Notes: generated from the sequence alone by a model not told the origin. A stretch of 64,000 nucleotides of DNA from Candidatus Chisholmbacteria bacterium RIFCSPHIGHO2_01_FULL_52_32 (GCA_001816585.1 MHCJ01000003.1:714681-778680); one strand, 5' to 3'. Numbered from the stretch's first letter, positions 45,750 to 55,925 are shown. Translations and numbers: made by a program.

Positions 45750-46811
45750 TTAGGAGGGGAGTTCTTCTTTTGGCGGGCGGCCACGCTTGGGGGTTTCCGT
45801 TCGTTTTCGCTCTACAGCTTTGAAGATTTCCGCTTCTATTTCTTTGGCAAGTTTGTGATTTTCTTCAAGCATTTGTTTAGCCGCTTCACGGCCTTGCGCG
45901 AGCACCTCTCCTTTAAAGCGCAGGAAACTCCCTGATTTTTCGATCACCCCAAGCTCGAGGCCTACGTCGATCAGGCTCCCCGAATAAGAGATTCCCGCGT
46001 CATTCATGATGTCAAACTCCGAGAAGCGGAAGGGAGGCGCTACCTTGTTCTTCACCACTTTCACCCGATGTCGCGATCCAACCACCTGTTCGCCCTCCGT
46101 GATATTCCCGATCTTTCGCATGTCAATCCGTATGGAGGAGTAAAACTTCAGTGCCTGTCCTCCGGTGGTTGTCTCGGGATTTCCGAACATGATTCCGATC
46201 TTCATGCGGAGTTGATTGGTAAAAATCATCACGGTCTTTGAACGGGCGATCGCCCCGGCAAGTTTTCGCATCGCCTGACTCATGAGTCGCGCCTGGAGTC
46301 CCATCATGGCATCCCCCATTTCCCCTTCAATCTCGGCTTTTGGGACAAGGGCGGCAACGGAATCCACACAGATCACATCTACTCCGCCGGAACGGATGAG
46401 GGTTTCCGCAATTTCCAAGGCTTGTTCACCGGTATCGGGTTGTGAAACTAGAAGCTCATCGAGGTTTACCCCGATTGCTTGAGCGCGTTGCGGGTCAAGG
46501 GCGTGTTCAGCATCGATGAAGGCCGCGGTGCCGCCCATCCTTTGCGCTTGGGCAATGACATGAAGACAGAGGGTCGTCTTTCCGCTTGCCTCGGGACCAA
46601 AGATTTCAACAATTCTTCCGCGGGGCAACCCTCCAACCCCAAGGGCAAGATCCAAACCAATTGCTCCTGTCGGAATCGTTGAAAGATGGGTATCACGGGT
46701 TGGGGCAGAACCAAGTTTCATAATCGAACCTTTCCCGTATTGCTTTTCTATCTGCTCCATCGCGATTCTGACTGCTTGGAGTCTTTGTGACTGCTCGCCG
46801 TTCTTTGACAT
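45750..46811 (-). CDS. recA: Recombinase RecA
   Basis: [33 protein letters not shown]. Confidence 0.98.
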   Translation of the reverse strand: MSKNGEQSQRLQAVRIAMEQIEKQYGKGSIMKLGSAPTRDTHLSTIPTGAIGLDLALGVGGLPRGRIVEIFGPEASGKTTLCLHVIAQAQRMGGTAAFIDAEHALDPQRAQAIGVNLDELLVSQPDTGEQALEIAETLIRSGGVDVICVDSVAALVPKAEIEGEMGDAMMGLQARLMSQAMRKLAGAIARSKTVMIFTNQLRMKIGIMFGNPETTTGGQALKFYSSIRIDMRKIGNITEGEQVVGSRHRVKVVKNKVAPPFRFSEFDIMNDAGISYSGSLIDVGLELGVIEKSGSFLRFKGEVLAQGREAAKQMLEENHKLAKEIEAEIFKAVERKRTETPKRGRPPKEELPS

Positions 46812-46821
46812 ATTAAACTTT

Positions 46822-47541
46822 TCAAATGATAGTCGGAGCTTCTTGGGGTTCTATTGTAGCAGGGGCCTTACCATTTTCAAGTAGTGATTCTTTAATTATT
46901 TCCATAATTTGTTGAGCATCATTTTGAAGAACGCTGTTCTCTTTTATTGATTGAACTGCCTTTATACCGAGCATGACATTGACCATTACTAACAGAAAGA
47001 AGAGTACTGCACCGAAGAGCCATTGCTTTTTTTGCTTTACGACCACAACTGTGCCGCTGACATGGTCGTGCCAGCCTTGTTTTTGCGGATCACGAAGGAT
47101 CCAGAGGAATCCTAATCCAAATAACATTCCGGAAACGAAATAGCCCACCACGTAGCGGAATATGGCCTGCCTAAACCTCAGCAATTTTCCATCCTCATCC
47201 GTGACTGCGAGACCGCAAACAAGCTTCCCTATGCCACCGCCGAACTTCACCGTCAGGAGTACTTTGTTGAGGAAGAATTCAAGCACCGGTACGATGAAGA
47301 TGACGCAATAGAGCAGTAAGCCCGTGGCGGGGATGAGTTCTCCCAGGTTAGGTTTTCCTCTTACCACTAACCAAATTGGGATAAGTATGATGGCGAGGCA
47401 TATGAGGAGGTCGAGCAGGTAGGCAAGGAGTCTGACCGCAAATCCCGCTTTTTCCGTCGGACCCGTACCCTTCTTTGCAAGAGCGCTTTCTTTCCCCGGT
47501 TTTTTGGTGGTATTTGATGTGGCCGGCGGTTCAGTTTCCAT
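46822..47541 (-). CDS. RDD family membrane protein
   Basis: [28 protein letters not shown]. Confidence 0.88.
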   Translation of the reverse strand: METEPPATSNTTKKPGKESALAKKGTGPTEKAGFAVRLLAYLLDLLICLAIILIPIWLVVRGKPNLGELIPATGLLLYCVIFIVPVLEFFLNKVLLTVKFGGGIGKLVCGLAVTDEDGKLLRFRQAIFRYVVGYFVSGMLFGLGFLWILRDPQKQGWHDHVSGTVVVVKQKKQWLFGAVLFFLLVMVNVMLGIKAVQSIKENSVLQNDAQQIMEIIKESLLENGKAPATIEPQEAPTII

Positions 47542-48529
47542 CTTCAGTCCCGTTTTTCTCCCTTGTCTCAATCTCTCTTTCCACTAAAGTCCAGGTCGCG
47601 GTGTTAAACACTGTGTATATCCCCCGTAAAAGCAATGAAAAGAGGACGAGGGTGAGGATAGGAACGGCAATGATCGCTGAAACGATGAGCCCTGCGGTTT
47701 TGCTGATTGCAAATGCGACTATTACCGAAACAACGAACAGCATGATCAAAAGGACCGTCAGGCAACCGAAGCCACAACCTATCCCCATGTTGATAATCCC
47801 CATTCCAAGCAGGCTTGCAAAGTATTTCTTGGTCAATCTGAAGCCTTTTTTTAATGCCTGGTTTGCGGAAAGATTCTCCCGAATTATCAGCTGTTCTCCG
47901 AGAATGATTGAAAGGTTGAGCAAGAGTCCCGTGGCAACAAGCCCGAATACCCAAACGAGGATACTGATGGCTATGATTGTTATCTTCAGTGCTTCTGATC
48001 CAAGGTTTGCTGTTATTATCACACTCCCGATAGCAAAGATTGTTAACACGACCGCGAGTGCAACCCAAATGAGCCAAGGGCCTACGTGAAGAATGATAAA
48101 CCGCTTGACGACCGAAACACCTGACTTTGAGCCACTTTTCAGGCTGGGGGGTGTCTGATCTTCCAGGTTGTGGATGGAGGCGATGAGGGCTCCCTTACCC
48201 CAGTTGCGGATATACAGGGCCACTCCTATCGCAATGAGTACGGCGAGAAGGATTGTTCCGCCGAGGATGAGCCAGACCCAAATGGGAATGGAGCCAATCA
48301 TTTGTGAAATGGCTGTCGTGGCCTGACCCAGGACTTGGCTTGTTTGGTGAGGCACATCCTGCGGAGGGGATGTTTTCGGTAATGTAAACTTTTCTCCTTC
48401 ACTCCAACTATTGCCGCCGAAATTTGCACTGCCTCCCGAGAGGGCCGCGACGACCATCCCAAAAACCCAAAGTACCTTTGAAGTTTTGGCAATTTCCCAC
48501 GAACGACGAAGGATGCGTTTGTATTCCAA
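47531..48529 (-). CDS. Multi-pass membrane protein of unknown function
   Basis: Several hydrophobic segments; lies between two RDD genes. Confidence 0.8.
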   Translation of the reverse strand: MEYKRILRRSWEIAKTSKVLWVFGMVVAALSGGSANFGGNSWSEGEKFTLPKTSPPQDVPHQTSQVLGQATTAISQMIGSIPIWVWLILGGTILLAVLIAIGVALYIRNWGKGALIASIHNLEDQTPPSLKSGSKSGVSVVKRFIILHVGPWLIWVALAVVLTIFAIGSVIITANLGSEALKITIIAISILVWVFGLVATGLLLNLSIILGEQLIIRENLSANQALKKGFRLTKKYFASLLGMGIINMGIGCGFGCLTVLLIMLFVVSVIVAFAISKTAGLIVSAIIAVPILTLVLFSLLLRGIYTVFNTATWTLVEREIETREKNGTEDGN

Positions 48530-48532
48530 GTG

Positions 48533-49183
48533 TCAGCTCCCGGTTGGTAACGATTTCTTGTATACCACTACCGTTCCGGCAATTTTATCGTGCCACCCTT
48601 GCTTCTTCCCATCCCAAATTACCCAAAGATACCCGAGTCCCAACACGATTCCGGACACGAACTTGCCGATTGCTTCGCGCTTGACCGCTTTTCCGACGGT
48701 AATCTTTCCGAGGTTGGTGTCCACCACCTTCAAGCCGAGGGCCATCTTTCCCGGGGTCGCTCCCTGTATTGCAAGGAAGCCGATCCCATAGCCGAGATTG
48801 ATGATTGCCATTACGATCTGTTTTGCCGCTCCGATTGCCGAGAAGGCCAGGGCATTGGATTCCGGGCTTGAAACCGACTGGGTTACCGTTAAAGGCGCCT
48901 GGAAGACGGCAAATACCAGGTTGATCGGTACGGCGATGACCACGAGGATGAGGCCGTCGATGAGAGTGGCGAGAGAGCGCTTGGTGAAACCGGCATATGC
49001 AACCTGCGGAACCGGGGAGGCCGGCTGCTGCGGGGATGTTTGCTTACTTATGGGTGGTGTCTGAGCTGTTTGAGGCTGCGTTTCTTGCGGCAGTGCGATT
49101 GGTACTTGCGGTAAGGGCTGACTCGGTGTTGGCTGCGATTGAACAGGCGTGGTTACGGTCGGGACGCCTTGTGGCATATCCAT
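48533..49183 (-). CDS. RDD family protein with Pro/Gln-rich N-terminus
   Basis: YAGFTKR..A.LID, TPGKMALGLKV, QGWHDKIAGTVV; AAAGGAGG SD. Confidence 0.9.
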   Translation of the reverse strand: MDMPQGVPTVTTPVQSQPTPSQPLPQVPIALPQETQPQTAQTPPISKQTSPQQPASPVPQVAYAGFTKRSLATLIDGLILVVIAVPINLVFAVFQAPLTVTQSVSSPESNALAFSAIGAAKQIVMAIINLGYGIGFLAIQGATPGKMALGLKVVDTNLGKITVGKAVKREAIGKFVSGIVLGLGYLWVIWDGKKQGWHDKIAGTVVVYKKSLPTGS

Positions 49184-49241
49184 TTTTTCCTCCTTTCTTC
49201 ATTAAATCACAGAAGGAAGTCATGGTACAATTGCAAGACGA

Positions 49242-49312
49242 CGGGGAGTAGTATACCGGCAGTACACGCGCATGGGGTGCGCGTAGAGGGAGTTCAATTC
49301 TCCCCTCCCCGA
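49242..49312 (+). tRNA. tRNA-Pro (GGG), CCA not encoded
   Basis: Acceptor CGGGGAG/CTCCCCG-A, anticodon arm CGCGC-ATGGGGT-GCGCG, T arm GGGAG-TTCAATT-CTCCC; TGGTACAAT box upstream. Confidence 0.95.
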
Positions 49313-49370
49313 CATAGGTAGACATACGCCCGAAAAGACTGCGTGCTTAAGAAGTATAGAAGGTGTTTTT

Positions 49371-50114
49371 ATGAGCGTCAGACGATCCCGATACCTGTAC
49401 TCTCCCTCTTCAGCCTCTCCCTTTAAGATCAGCCGATCGAAGATTGATTTATACCTTACATGTCCCAAATGCTTCTATCTTGACCGGAGACTTGGGATTT
49501 CACGCCCCTCATTTCCAACGTTCAGCCTCAACTTGGCGGTGGATGTGCTGCTCAAAAAAGAGTTTGACCTGCTTCGGCAGACGAGACAGCCGCATACGCT
49601 CATGAAACAATACCGGATTAACGCCATACCTTTTGCGCATCCGGAGCTTGAGGTTTGGCGCAACAATTTTCGGGGAAAACAATACCATCATCGGGGTACG
49701 AATCTCGTTATCACCGGCTCGGTTGATGATATTTGGGTCAACCCGGAAGGTGAGCTTCTGATTGTTGATTACAAATCGACAAGCACGGAGAAGGAAATTT
49801 CTTTAGACGATGAATACAAACAGGGGTACAAAAGGCAGCTTGAGGTTTACCAATGGATTTTTCGGCAAAGCGGATTTCCGGTTTCCGATACCGGGTACTT
49901 CGTGTTTGCCAATGCCGGGAAAAACCGGCCGTCGTTTGACGGGAGATTGGAATTTGAACTTTCGATTGTTTCTCACCGCGGCAATGATACCTGGGTTGAG
50001 CCGACTGTTGAAGCCATCAAAAAGTGTTTGGATTCAGATGAGTTGCCCGCCTCGGGAAAAGAGTGCGAGTATTGCCAATACCGGGAAGCTGTGGGTGGAG
50101 AGTTGAGGGAGTAG
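49371..50114 (+). CDS. PD-(D/E)XK nuclease (RecB/AddB-C-terminal or Cas4-like)
   Basis: CPKC, GSVDD, IVDYKS, QLEVY, CEYC. Confidence 0.88.
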   Translation: MSVRRSRYLYSPSSASPFKISRSKIDLYLTCPKCFYLDRRLGISRPSFPTFSLNLAVDVLLKKEFDLLRQTRQPHTLMKQYRINAIPFAHPELEVWRNNFRGKQYHHRGTNLVITGSVDDIWVNPEGELLIVDYKSTSTEKEISLDDEYKQGYKRQLEVYQWIFRQSGFPVSDTGYFVFANAGKNRPSFDGRLEFELSIVSHRGNDTWVEPTVEAIKKCLDSDELPASGKECEYCQYREAVGGELRE

Positions 50115-50171
50115 AGGGAAGAAAATTAGAGGATATTAAAGGATATTAGAGGAACTTGGAGGAAGTTAGAG

Positions 50172-50217
50172 CCCCAGTGAGATAGTACTTCGTACATCTC
50201 ACGGGGTCAGAGAGAAG
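50172..50217. repeat. REP-like hairpin family A, copy 3, preceded by TTAGAGG decamers (50113-50170)
   Basis: CCCCAGTGAGATA-GTAC ttc GTAC-ATCTCACGGGG-TCAG. Confidence 0.85.
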
Positions 50218-50220
50218 ATA

Positions 50221-51942
50221 TCAGAACGGCGAGAGGAGTCTTAAGCTTTGTTGCGGATAGCGGAAGAAGGAAACGATATCTCTTAAGGTGAGCGTCCCGT
50301 CACTGTTGAAATCCAAGGGGAGCAGACGCTTGAACTCAACCGTTGTCGTTTCTTGGGAAAGATACGCGTACATTTGGCGAGGAAGATAGTACGGTTTCGT
50401 AAGGACGAAGCGATAGACTTTTTCCGGGATGACATCGTGGAGCTCCGAAACCGTGCCGACTCCGTTTTTTATTGAAAATGGTTCAATCTTTTTAACAAGT
50501 TTTCCCTCGTCGTAGATCAAAAGCGTGAAATCGCCGGCGCTGGTTTTGGGCTTTATCCAGAGATCGGCTTTGAGGATTATGCTGGGGGGCGGGAGAATAG
50601 TGATCTTATGCTCCCGGGTCTCTCCGAACGGTTTTCCTTTATGGAGAAGTTCGATTGTCAGAGTCAAATTGCCAGTTTCCTTGGGCGTTCTTATCCTCAC
50701 CTCTACTTCTCCTATGCGGAAGGGGTCGGTTTCCGGAATGTGCCCGACGAATATGTTTGCGGTCTTTTGGGAATTTTCTACCTTGAGTGAAAAATCATCC
50801 CTGTTCCAGATCGATTGGCCGATGTTTTTCAGCCTGATGGTAAATGTGTAATCTGAATCGACGACCAACTCTTCCGGAAGCGATGGCGGGAGAAAGATCC
50901 CCGAATGAACTTGCGGAGGTTCACCGTTCGTTTTGGGAATCGCTTTTACTTCGTCGTATTGTTGGTATTTCTCACTATCTTCCTTCATCCAGGAAAAATG
51001 ATCAAAGGGTTCCTCCGGGTATCGGAGAACAAAGGGGGTAACGGCGATAATTTGGGAGTCCAACCAGATTGATTGATAAGCCTGTTTGAACAAGGCTGCC
51101 ACGGTGTCTGCGGAATGGGCGGAGGGGTCTTTAACCTTTCCTTCCCGGTGGATCCAGCCTGTTTCCGTGATAATAACCGGTATATCGCTCTTTAGTCCGT
51201 ATCTTTTCAGCCATCCGATTTCCCATCTATACCCTTGGAGGCTGGTTTTTCCCTTCTGATTGAGCGAGCCTGAAAAGTTCGGATTGGGATAGGCATGGGA
51301 AGTCCATCCGTCAAACAAGGAAAAGACTGTTGGATCTTCCTGCCGCATCTTCAGCCAATATGCCTCCGGTGTCATGGTTTCCGGTCCGTTTGTGGCGGCG
51401 GCATCAAAGCCAGCCGGAAGAACGAAGAAATCTTCCGAGCGTTTTTTCAGAGCATCGTGAAAGAAGCGAGTGAAGCGGGCGTATTCTTCCGGATCAAGAC
51501 TTCCGCCCCACTCTTTTGCATGGTTCGGTTCATTGAACAGGATCACATAACGGTTTTTTACGACCCAATTGAGGGAGGAAAGAAAACTTACCCAACTGTC
51601 AATATCTTCTTCCCTTGGTTTTGCCCAGCCGCCGTCTTGAGCCTTGGTTGCAAGCCTCAGAAGCGGGATAAGTTTTAATTCCCGCATCCGATCGAAAATC
51701 CTCTGCCATTTTTCAACATTCCTGTCGTCTTCACGAATAACAATGGTCACATAGCCCCAGCCTCCGCCCGCACTGTTGACAAGGGCGGCGGCATCTTCCA
51801 GATCCTCCTCACTGATGATGTGAATGCCGAAGCGGTTGTTCGGAGTTGACCTTGGGTCAACGATGCCTAACACAGGCCTGACCGTCGCAGCGAAGCAGGC
51901 CGCGGTGAAGAGGGCACAGAGCAGAGATTTCATCGGACTCAT
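50221..51942 (-). CDS. Secreted clan GH-A glycoside hydrolase-like protein with Ig-like and EF-hand/dockerin-like C-terminus
   Basis: Signal peptide; FNEPN, SHAYP, ITETGW; LKNIGQSIW; DFNSDGTLTLRD. Confidence 0.75.
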   Translation of the reverse strand: MSPMKSLLCALFTAACFAATVRPVLGIVDPRSTPNNRFGIHIISEEDLEDAAALVNSAGGGWGYVTIVIREDDRNVEKWQRIFDRMRELKLIPLLRLATKAQDGGWAKPREEDIDSWVSFLSSLNWVVKNRYVILFNEPNHAKEWGGSLDPEEYARFTRFFHDALKKRSEDFFVLPAGFDAAATNGPETMTPEAYWLKMRQEDPTVFSLFDGWTSHAYPNPNFSGSLNQKGKTSLQGYRWEIGWLKRYGLKSDIPVIITETGWIHREGKVKDPSAHSADTVAALFKQAYQSIWLDSQIIAVTPFVLRYPEEPFDHFSWMKEDSEKYQQYDEVKAIPKTNGEPPQVHSGIFLPPSLPEELVVDSDYTFTIRLKNIGQSIWNRDDFSLKVENSQKTANIFVGHIPETDPFRIGEVEVRIRTPKETGNLTLTIELLHKGKPFGETREHKITILPPPSIILKADLWIKPKTSAGDFTLLIYDEGKLVKKIEPFSIKNGVGTVSELHDVIPEKVYRFVLTKPYYLPRQMYAYLSQETTTVEFKRLLPLDFNSDGTLTLRDIVSFFRYPQQSLRLLSPF

Positions 51943-51974
51943 CCGATCATTGTAACACTAGAAGAGAAAGGGTT

Positions 51975-52070
51975 GTGGGTAGAGGGTAGAGAGGGGAGGT
52001 TAGAGGATATTAGAGGAAGCTAAGGGTAAATTAAGGGTGAGTAAAGGGAGGAGAAATAGGGTAGAGGCGG
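51975..52070. repeat. Purine-rich decamer-like repeats
   Basis: ggttagagga tattagagga agctaagggt aaattaaggg. Confidence 0.65.
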
Positions 52071-52075
52071 TTTAT

Positions 52076-52534
52076 TCAGACAAGCGTTTGGCTGAGGCCT
52101 TCGGTCCAGGACCTTATCAGCTCGGTGTTTTTCTCCTGATTGAAGTAAAATCCATCGATCTTTAGCGATTCTCCTGACTTTGTGCCTTTGACGCTGGTTA
52201 CAAATTCCTCAAGATGATTGACGGCGCCGCAGAAATGGGTATAGGAGGAGTCTCCGAGCCCGAAAACGGCAAACTTTTTCCCCTCAAACGTTGTTCCCTG
52301 GCACTTCTTGATCAGATCAATGAAGTCAGCGTGCGGGAGTCCTTCCTGACCTTCATAATCCCAGCTTGGGGAACCAAGGATTACCAGATCGTACTGACCC
52401 AATTCCGGGGGGGAAGTTTGGGCAGCTTGTTTTACCACGACGGTATGGGTCTTCCCTGTCAGGACCTCCTGAATACTTTGGCTTGCGATCTGCGTGCCTC
52501 CGGAGTTGGTGGCGTAGACGATGAGGATATTCAT
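52076..52534 (-). CDS. Flavodoxin
   Basis: YATNSGGT, GSPSW, FGLGDSSY..FCGA. Confidence 0.93.
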   Translation of the reverse strand: MNILIVYATNSGGTQIASQSIQEVLTGKTHTVVVKQAAQTSPPELGQYDLVILGSPSWDYEGQEGLPHADFIDLIKKCQGTTFEGKKFAVFGLGDSSYTHFCGAVNHLEEFVTSVKGTKSGESLKIDGFYFNQEKNTELIRSWTEGLSQTLV

Positions 52535-52576
52535 GTTTCTTCAGTATAGCGAAAACTTTTTATGGCAACCAGGGTC

Positions 52577-53374
52577 TCATTCTTCCGTCTTCTCCGGACC
52601 TTGATTTTCGAAGGCGCTTGTAAATGCCCGGATTTGCGCAAGGTCTATCTTTTCCATTGTCTCAATTCTGCCCCAGGCGGTAACGGCGATGGTTGTTTCC
52701 ATGTCCGTCCGGGGAACAATAATAAGACGTTCGTAGTCCTTCAGAAGACCCGTGAGTTCACTTTTTTCCTGACTGCATTCTTCTGTTGTAAACGCCGGAC
52801 TTAGCTCCCTTTCCTTGGGAGGCGGATTGTCCGGAGTATACCAGCTGACTTTGTCGTCCCCTGTCGGGGTCATCCGGCTCAACACCGAACTTATTGCCGA
52901 TGGTGTTGCCGGTGGTTCTTCATGGGGCACCTCGTCTTCGTGGGCAAGGATTTGCGCTACTACCGGAGCCCGACCTACCATGTTCTTTTCGCAGTTGTAG
53001 GAAATGATGACGTATCCGTGTTCAAGCGAGTGGAGAAGGTATCCATCAGAAATCTCCCAATCGTAGACACCCTGCTTGACCCAGACGGGAAAATGCGGTC
53101 CCGAAGTCGGGGGGTTGGAATTGTAGATTACATTTGAAATATCCGTCACATGCTCCCTGCCTAATTCCGCCACTTCCTCGCCCGGTAAAGGCCGTGTGGC
53201 TGACTGCCAGAGCCAGCCACCGATACCCAAAACGAGCGCCGCTGTAACCCCGATGACAAGGAGATTTTTTATCTTTCCTGACCTCTGTTGTCGGTCTTGT
53301 TTTTCTAACCGCAGCTTTCTCGCTAACGCTTTTCTTTCTTTTTTGGTGAGCTGTCTTCCCTCTGCTACTATCAT
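52577..53374 (-). CDS. DUF3105-domain membrane-anchored protein
   Basis: YNSNPPTSGPH, HSLEHG, VTAWG, GPE. Confidence 0.85.
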   Translation of the reverse strand: MIVAEGRQLTKKERKALARKLRLEKQDRQQRSGKIKNLLVIGVTAALVLGIGGWLWQSATRPLPGEEVAELGREHVTDISNVIYNSNPPTSGPHFPVWVKQGVYDWEISDGYLLHSLEHGYVIISYNCEKNMVGRAPVVAQILAHEDEVPHEEPPATPSAISSVLSRMTPTGDDKVSWYTPDNPPPKERELSPAFTTEECSQEKSELTGLLKDYERLIIVPRTDMETTIAVTAWGRIETMEKIDLAQIRAFTSAFENQGPEKTEE

Positions 53375-54447
53375 TTCGTCCGTTCCATCATAAGCATAAT
53401 GAGGGATTCGAGTAAAGCCTTTGTTTCCGGGTCACCGGAGACTTCCGGAATAACCTTTTTTCCCTGATCAACGTAGTCCCAGCCGAGATCGGTGACGTAC
53501 TTGAGGGTGCCACTGTCTTTAAGCAGTTTTTTCATCTGTCGGACATCTTCTTTTGTGAGCGCTCTTTTTCCAAGAAGATTACGTGTGATTGCCCGCTGTT
53601 TGCCCGTACCGTAGCGGAAAAGATGGTACACCAGCATGGTTTGTTTACCTTCGCGAAGATCAGAACCGACGGGCTTGCCTATTTCCTTTTCCTTCCCATA
53701 GATTCCGAGAATGTCGTCCCGAAGCTGCATCGCCATTCCCAGTGACAGGCCATATTTTTCGAGCGCTTTTTTCTTTCTTTGGTCTTTTAAGCCTGCGAGG
53801 GTTGCGCCTATTAGGAGCGGCATAACTCCAGTGTATTCTGCGGTTTTATGGCGGATGGTTTTTAAGATGGCTGACTTTGGGTTGATTGTGTTTTTCCTCT
53901 TGGTGATATCGAGTGATTGGCCATAGATCAGGCGTGTGACGAACTTGACGTAGAGGCTGCCTGCTTTTATCAGATCCTTGGCGGGGAAATTGCCCTGCAT
54001 GAGTTTTTCCCAGGACAAATAGAATGCCAGGTTTCCGACATTCATCGCCATCGATCTGCCGTACAAAGCGGAAGATGAGCGGATTTTCCATTTTCTCCCC
54101 TCTGCCTCGAATTGTTTGTGTATTGAGGGGAGACCCCGGCGCGTTTCATCTTGGTCCATGAGGTCGTCAAGAACCAGTGCCCCCGTGTGGAACAATTCAA
54201 CAAAAAGGCTTGTGTCAAGAATAGCCCTAATGTCTTTGCCACCGGACGACTGATATCCCAAAACAACCAGGGCTCCACGGAGCCTTTTCCCCAGTTTCGT
54301 CATTTTTTCGAATTTTTGAACCAGGGTTTTTGAAAGACCATCAATTGCTGCAGCTTGGTTGATTTTTTTTCTGAGGAAGTTTGTCAGCAGTGGGTCCGTC
54401 TTTATTCGATATGAGGCGAGGTACTGGGCTCCGAGTTCTCCATTCAT
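53371..54447 (-). CDS. Polyprenyl diphosphate synthase
   Basis: GKRLR, LDDLMD..RRG, GQSLD, KTAEYT, QLRDD, DLREGK. Confidence 0.92.
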   Translation of the reverse strand: MNGELGAQYLASYRIKTDPLLTNFLRKKINQAAAIDGLSKTLVQKFEKMTKLGKRLRGALVVLGYQSSGGKDIRAILDTSLFVELFHTGALVLDDLMDQDETRRGLPSIHKQFEAEGRKWKIRSSSALYGRSMAMNVGNLAFYLSWEKLMQGNFPAKDLIKAGSLYVKFVTRLIYGQSLDITKRKNTINPKSAILKTIRHKTAEYTGVMPLLIGATLAGLKDQRKKKALEKYGLSLGMAMQLRDDILGIYGKEKEIGKPVGSDLREGKQTMLVYHLFRYGTGKQRAITRNLLGKRALTKEDVRQMKKLLKDSGTLKYVTDLGWDYVDQGKKVIPEVSGDPETKALLESLIMLMMERTK

Positions 54448-54465
54448 CGGGATATTTGAGAGGAT

Positions 54466-54933
54466 TTATCGCTTTGGTGATTGTTTTTTGGCTCTGGCTT
54501 TGTGAGCGAGCCCGAACTTCCTTCGTTCTTTCATGCGCTGGTCTCTTGTGAGAAACGAGTATTTCTTCAGTTGCGGCCTGAATTTTTCCCGATCGGCAAA
54601 GGCAAGGGCTCGCGCGAGACCATGGACAACAGCTCCAAGCTGGCCTGTTTTTCCAGAGCCATTCACTCTGATGTTGGCTGAATATTTTTCCAGCGTATCC
54701 GTAATCCGAAACGGAGCAAAGTACGTCCGCTTTTGTGTTTCTAAGGGGAAATACTGTTCAATTGGTTTATCATTGACCACGATTGGCCCTGGCTTGAGGT
54801 AGAGGCGGACCCTGGCCGTGGCGGTTTTCCTCCTCCCGACCGCGTAAAAATAGTCCACTTTCTTTCCGGTCTTTTTCAGTTCCGGTTGATCCTCAACCAT
54901 TCCGTCTTCCTTCTTGATATTCTTTTTTTTCAT
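54466..54933 (-). CDS. rpsI: 30S ribosomal protein S9
   Basis: GRRKTATARV, LTRD.RMKERRK, SPKR. Confidence 0.97.
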   Translation of the reverse strand: MKKKNIKKEDGMVEDQPELKKTGKKVDYFYAVGRRKTATARVRLYLKPGPIVVNDKPIEQYFPLETQKRTYFAPFRITDTLEKYSANIRVNGSGKTGQLGAVVHGLARALAFADREKFRPQLKKYSFLTRDQRMKERRKFGLAHKARAKKQSPKR

Positions 54934-55364
54934 TGGCTTGTATTTCCTTGTACCTGCTGATCGTACGGATGCTTGTTATCAATAAAAATTTTTAATCTTT
55001 TCATTCGCTGGTCGCGGAGCTTGTTCTTCGGAAGCATATTCCGTACAGCGAGCTCGATGACCCTCTTTGTGTCTCTTTTCATCATTTCCTCCAAGGTAAA
55101 CTGTCGAAAACCCCCGGGATAGCCGGAATGATGGGAGTATAATTTTTGTTTCATCTTCTTCCCTGTCACCCTGATCTTTCCGGCATTTATGACAATCACA
55201 TAATCCCCGCAATCGAGATTCGGGGTAAAGTACGGTTTTTCTTTCCCAATGAGGAGTTGGGCAATCCTTGAAGCCTCTCTGCCTAATACTTGTTGCGCCA
55301 GATCAACGAGATGCCAATCTCTTTTAATATCGCTCGCTTTCGTGATGTAGGTTTTTTGATTCAT
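54930..55364 (-). CDS. rplM: 50S ribosomal protein L13
   Basis: WHLVD, DCGDYVIVINA, HSGYPGG, MLPKN. Confidence 0.97.
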   Translation of the reverse strand: MNQKTYITKASDIKRDWHLVDLAQQVLGREASRIAQLLIGKEKPYFTPNLDCGDYVIVINAGKIRVTGKKMKQKLYSHHSGYPGGFRQFTLEEMMKRDTKRVIELAVRNMLPKNKLRDQRMKRLKIFIDNKHPYDQQVQGNTSQ

Positions 55365-55370
55365 ACTGCC

Positions 55371-55883
55371 TTAAATCTTTCTTTCCTCTTTTATCACCGG
55401 TGGATTGGGTGCAGGGTTCTTTAGGTTTTCTTTCTTTCCCTTGTCCTGTTTCGCCGGAGCTTCGGAGGATAAATCTTTTTTCGAGTCCGGCTTTGATTCT
55501 TTGTCTTTCCTGGCTTGTTCTTGTCTTTTCTTCTCGATCAGCTCTATTCGTACCAGCATGGCATTGTCTCCCCGCCGTTCTCCAACACGGATGATTCTTG
55601 TAAAGCCGCTCACCCTGTCCCTGAACCTTGGCCCAAGTTCATCGACGATTTTATTCACTGCCTTTTTATTCTGTAGAAATGCGGCAATGGTGCGGCGGAC
55701 ATGGAGTGTCCCTTTCTTTCCGCTGGCAATGAGACTATCGGCCAAGCCTTTGATTGCCTTGGCTTTGCTTTCCGTTGTTTGAATTTCCTCCTTCATCACT
55801 AAGCTTGTGATGAGGTTTTTAAACAACGATTTTCTCTGTTTTATATCGCGGCTGAATTTCTTTCCGAATACTCTATGGCGCAT
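55371..55883 (-). CDS. rplQ: 50S ribosomal protein L17 with charged C-terminal tail
   Basis: MRHR, TTESKAK, GFTRI, RRGDNA. Confidence 0.96.
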   Translation of the reverse strand: MRHRVFGKKFSRDIKQRKSLFKNLITSLVMKEEIQTTESKAKAIKGLADSLIASGKKGTLHVRRTIAAFLQNKKAVNKIVDELGPRFRDRVSGFTRIIRVGERRGDNAMLVRIELIEKKRQEQARKDKESKPDSKKDLSSEAPAKQDKGKKENLKNPAPNPPVIKEERKI

Positions 55884-55888
55884 AGGAA

Positions 55889-55925
55889 TAGGGTTTAGGG
55901 TATAGGGTTTAGGCATTAGGGGGGA
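55889..55925. repeat. Heptamer repeat (TAGGGTW)n
   Basis: tagggtt tagggta tagggtt taggcat taggggg, between rpoA and rplQ. Confidence 0.8.
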
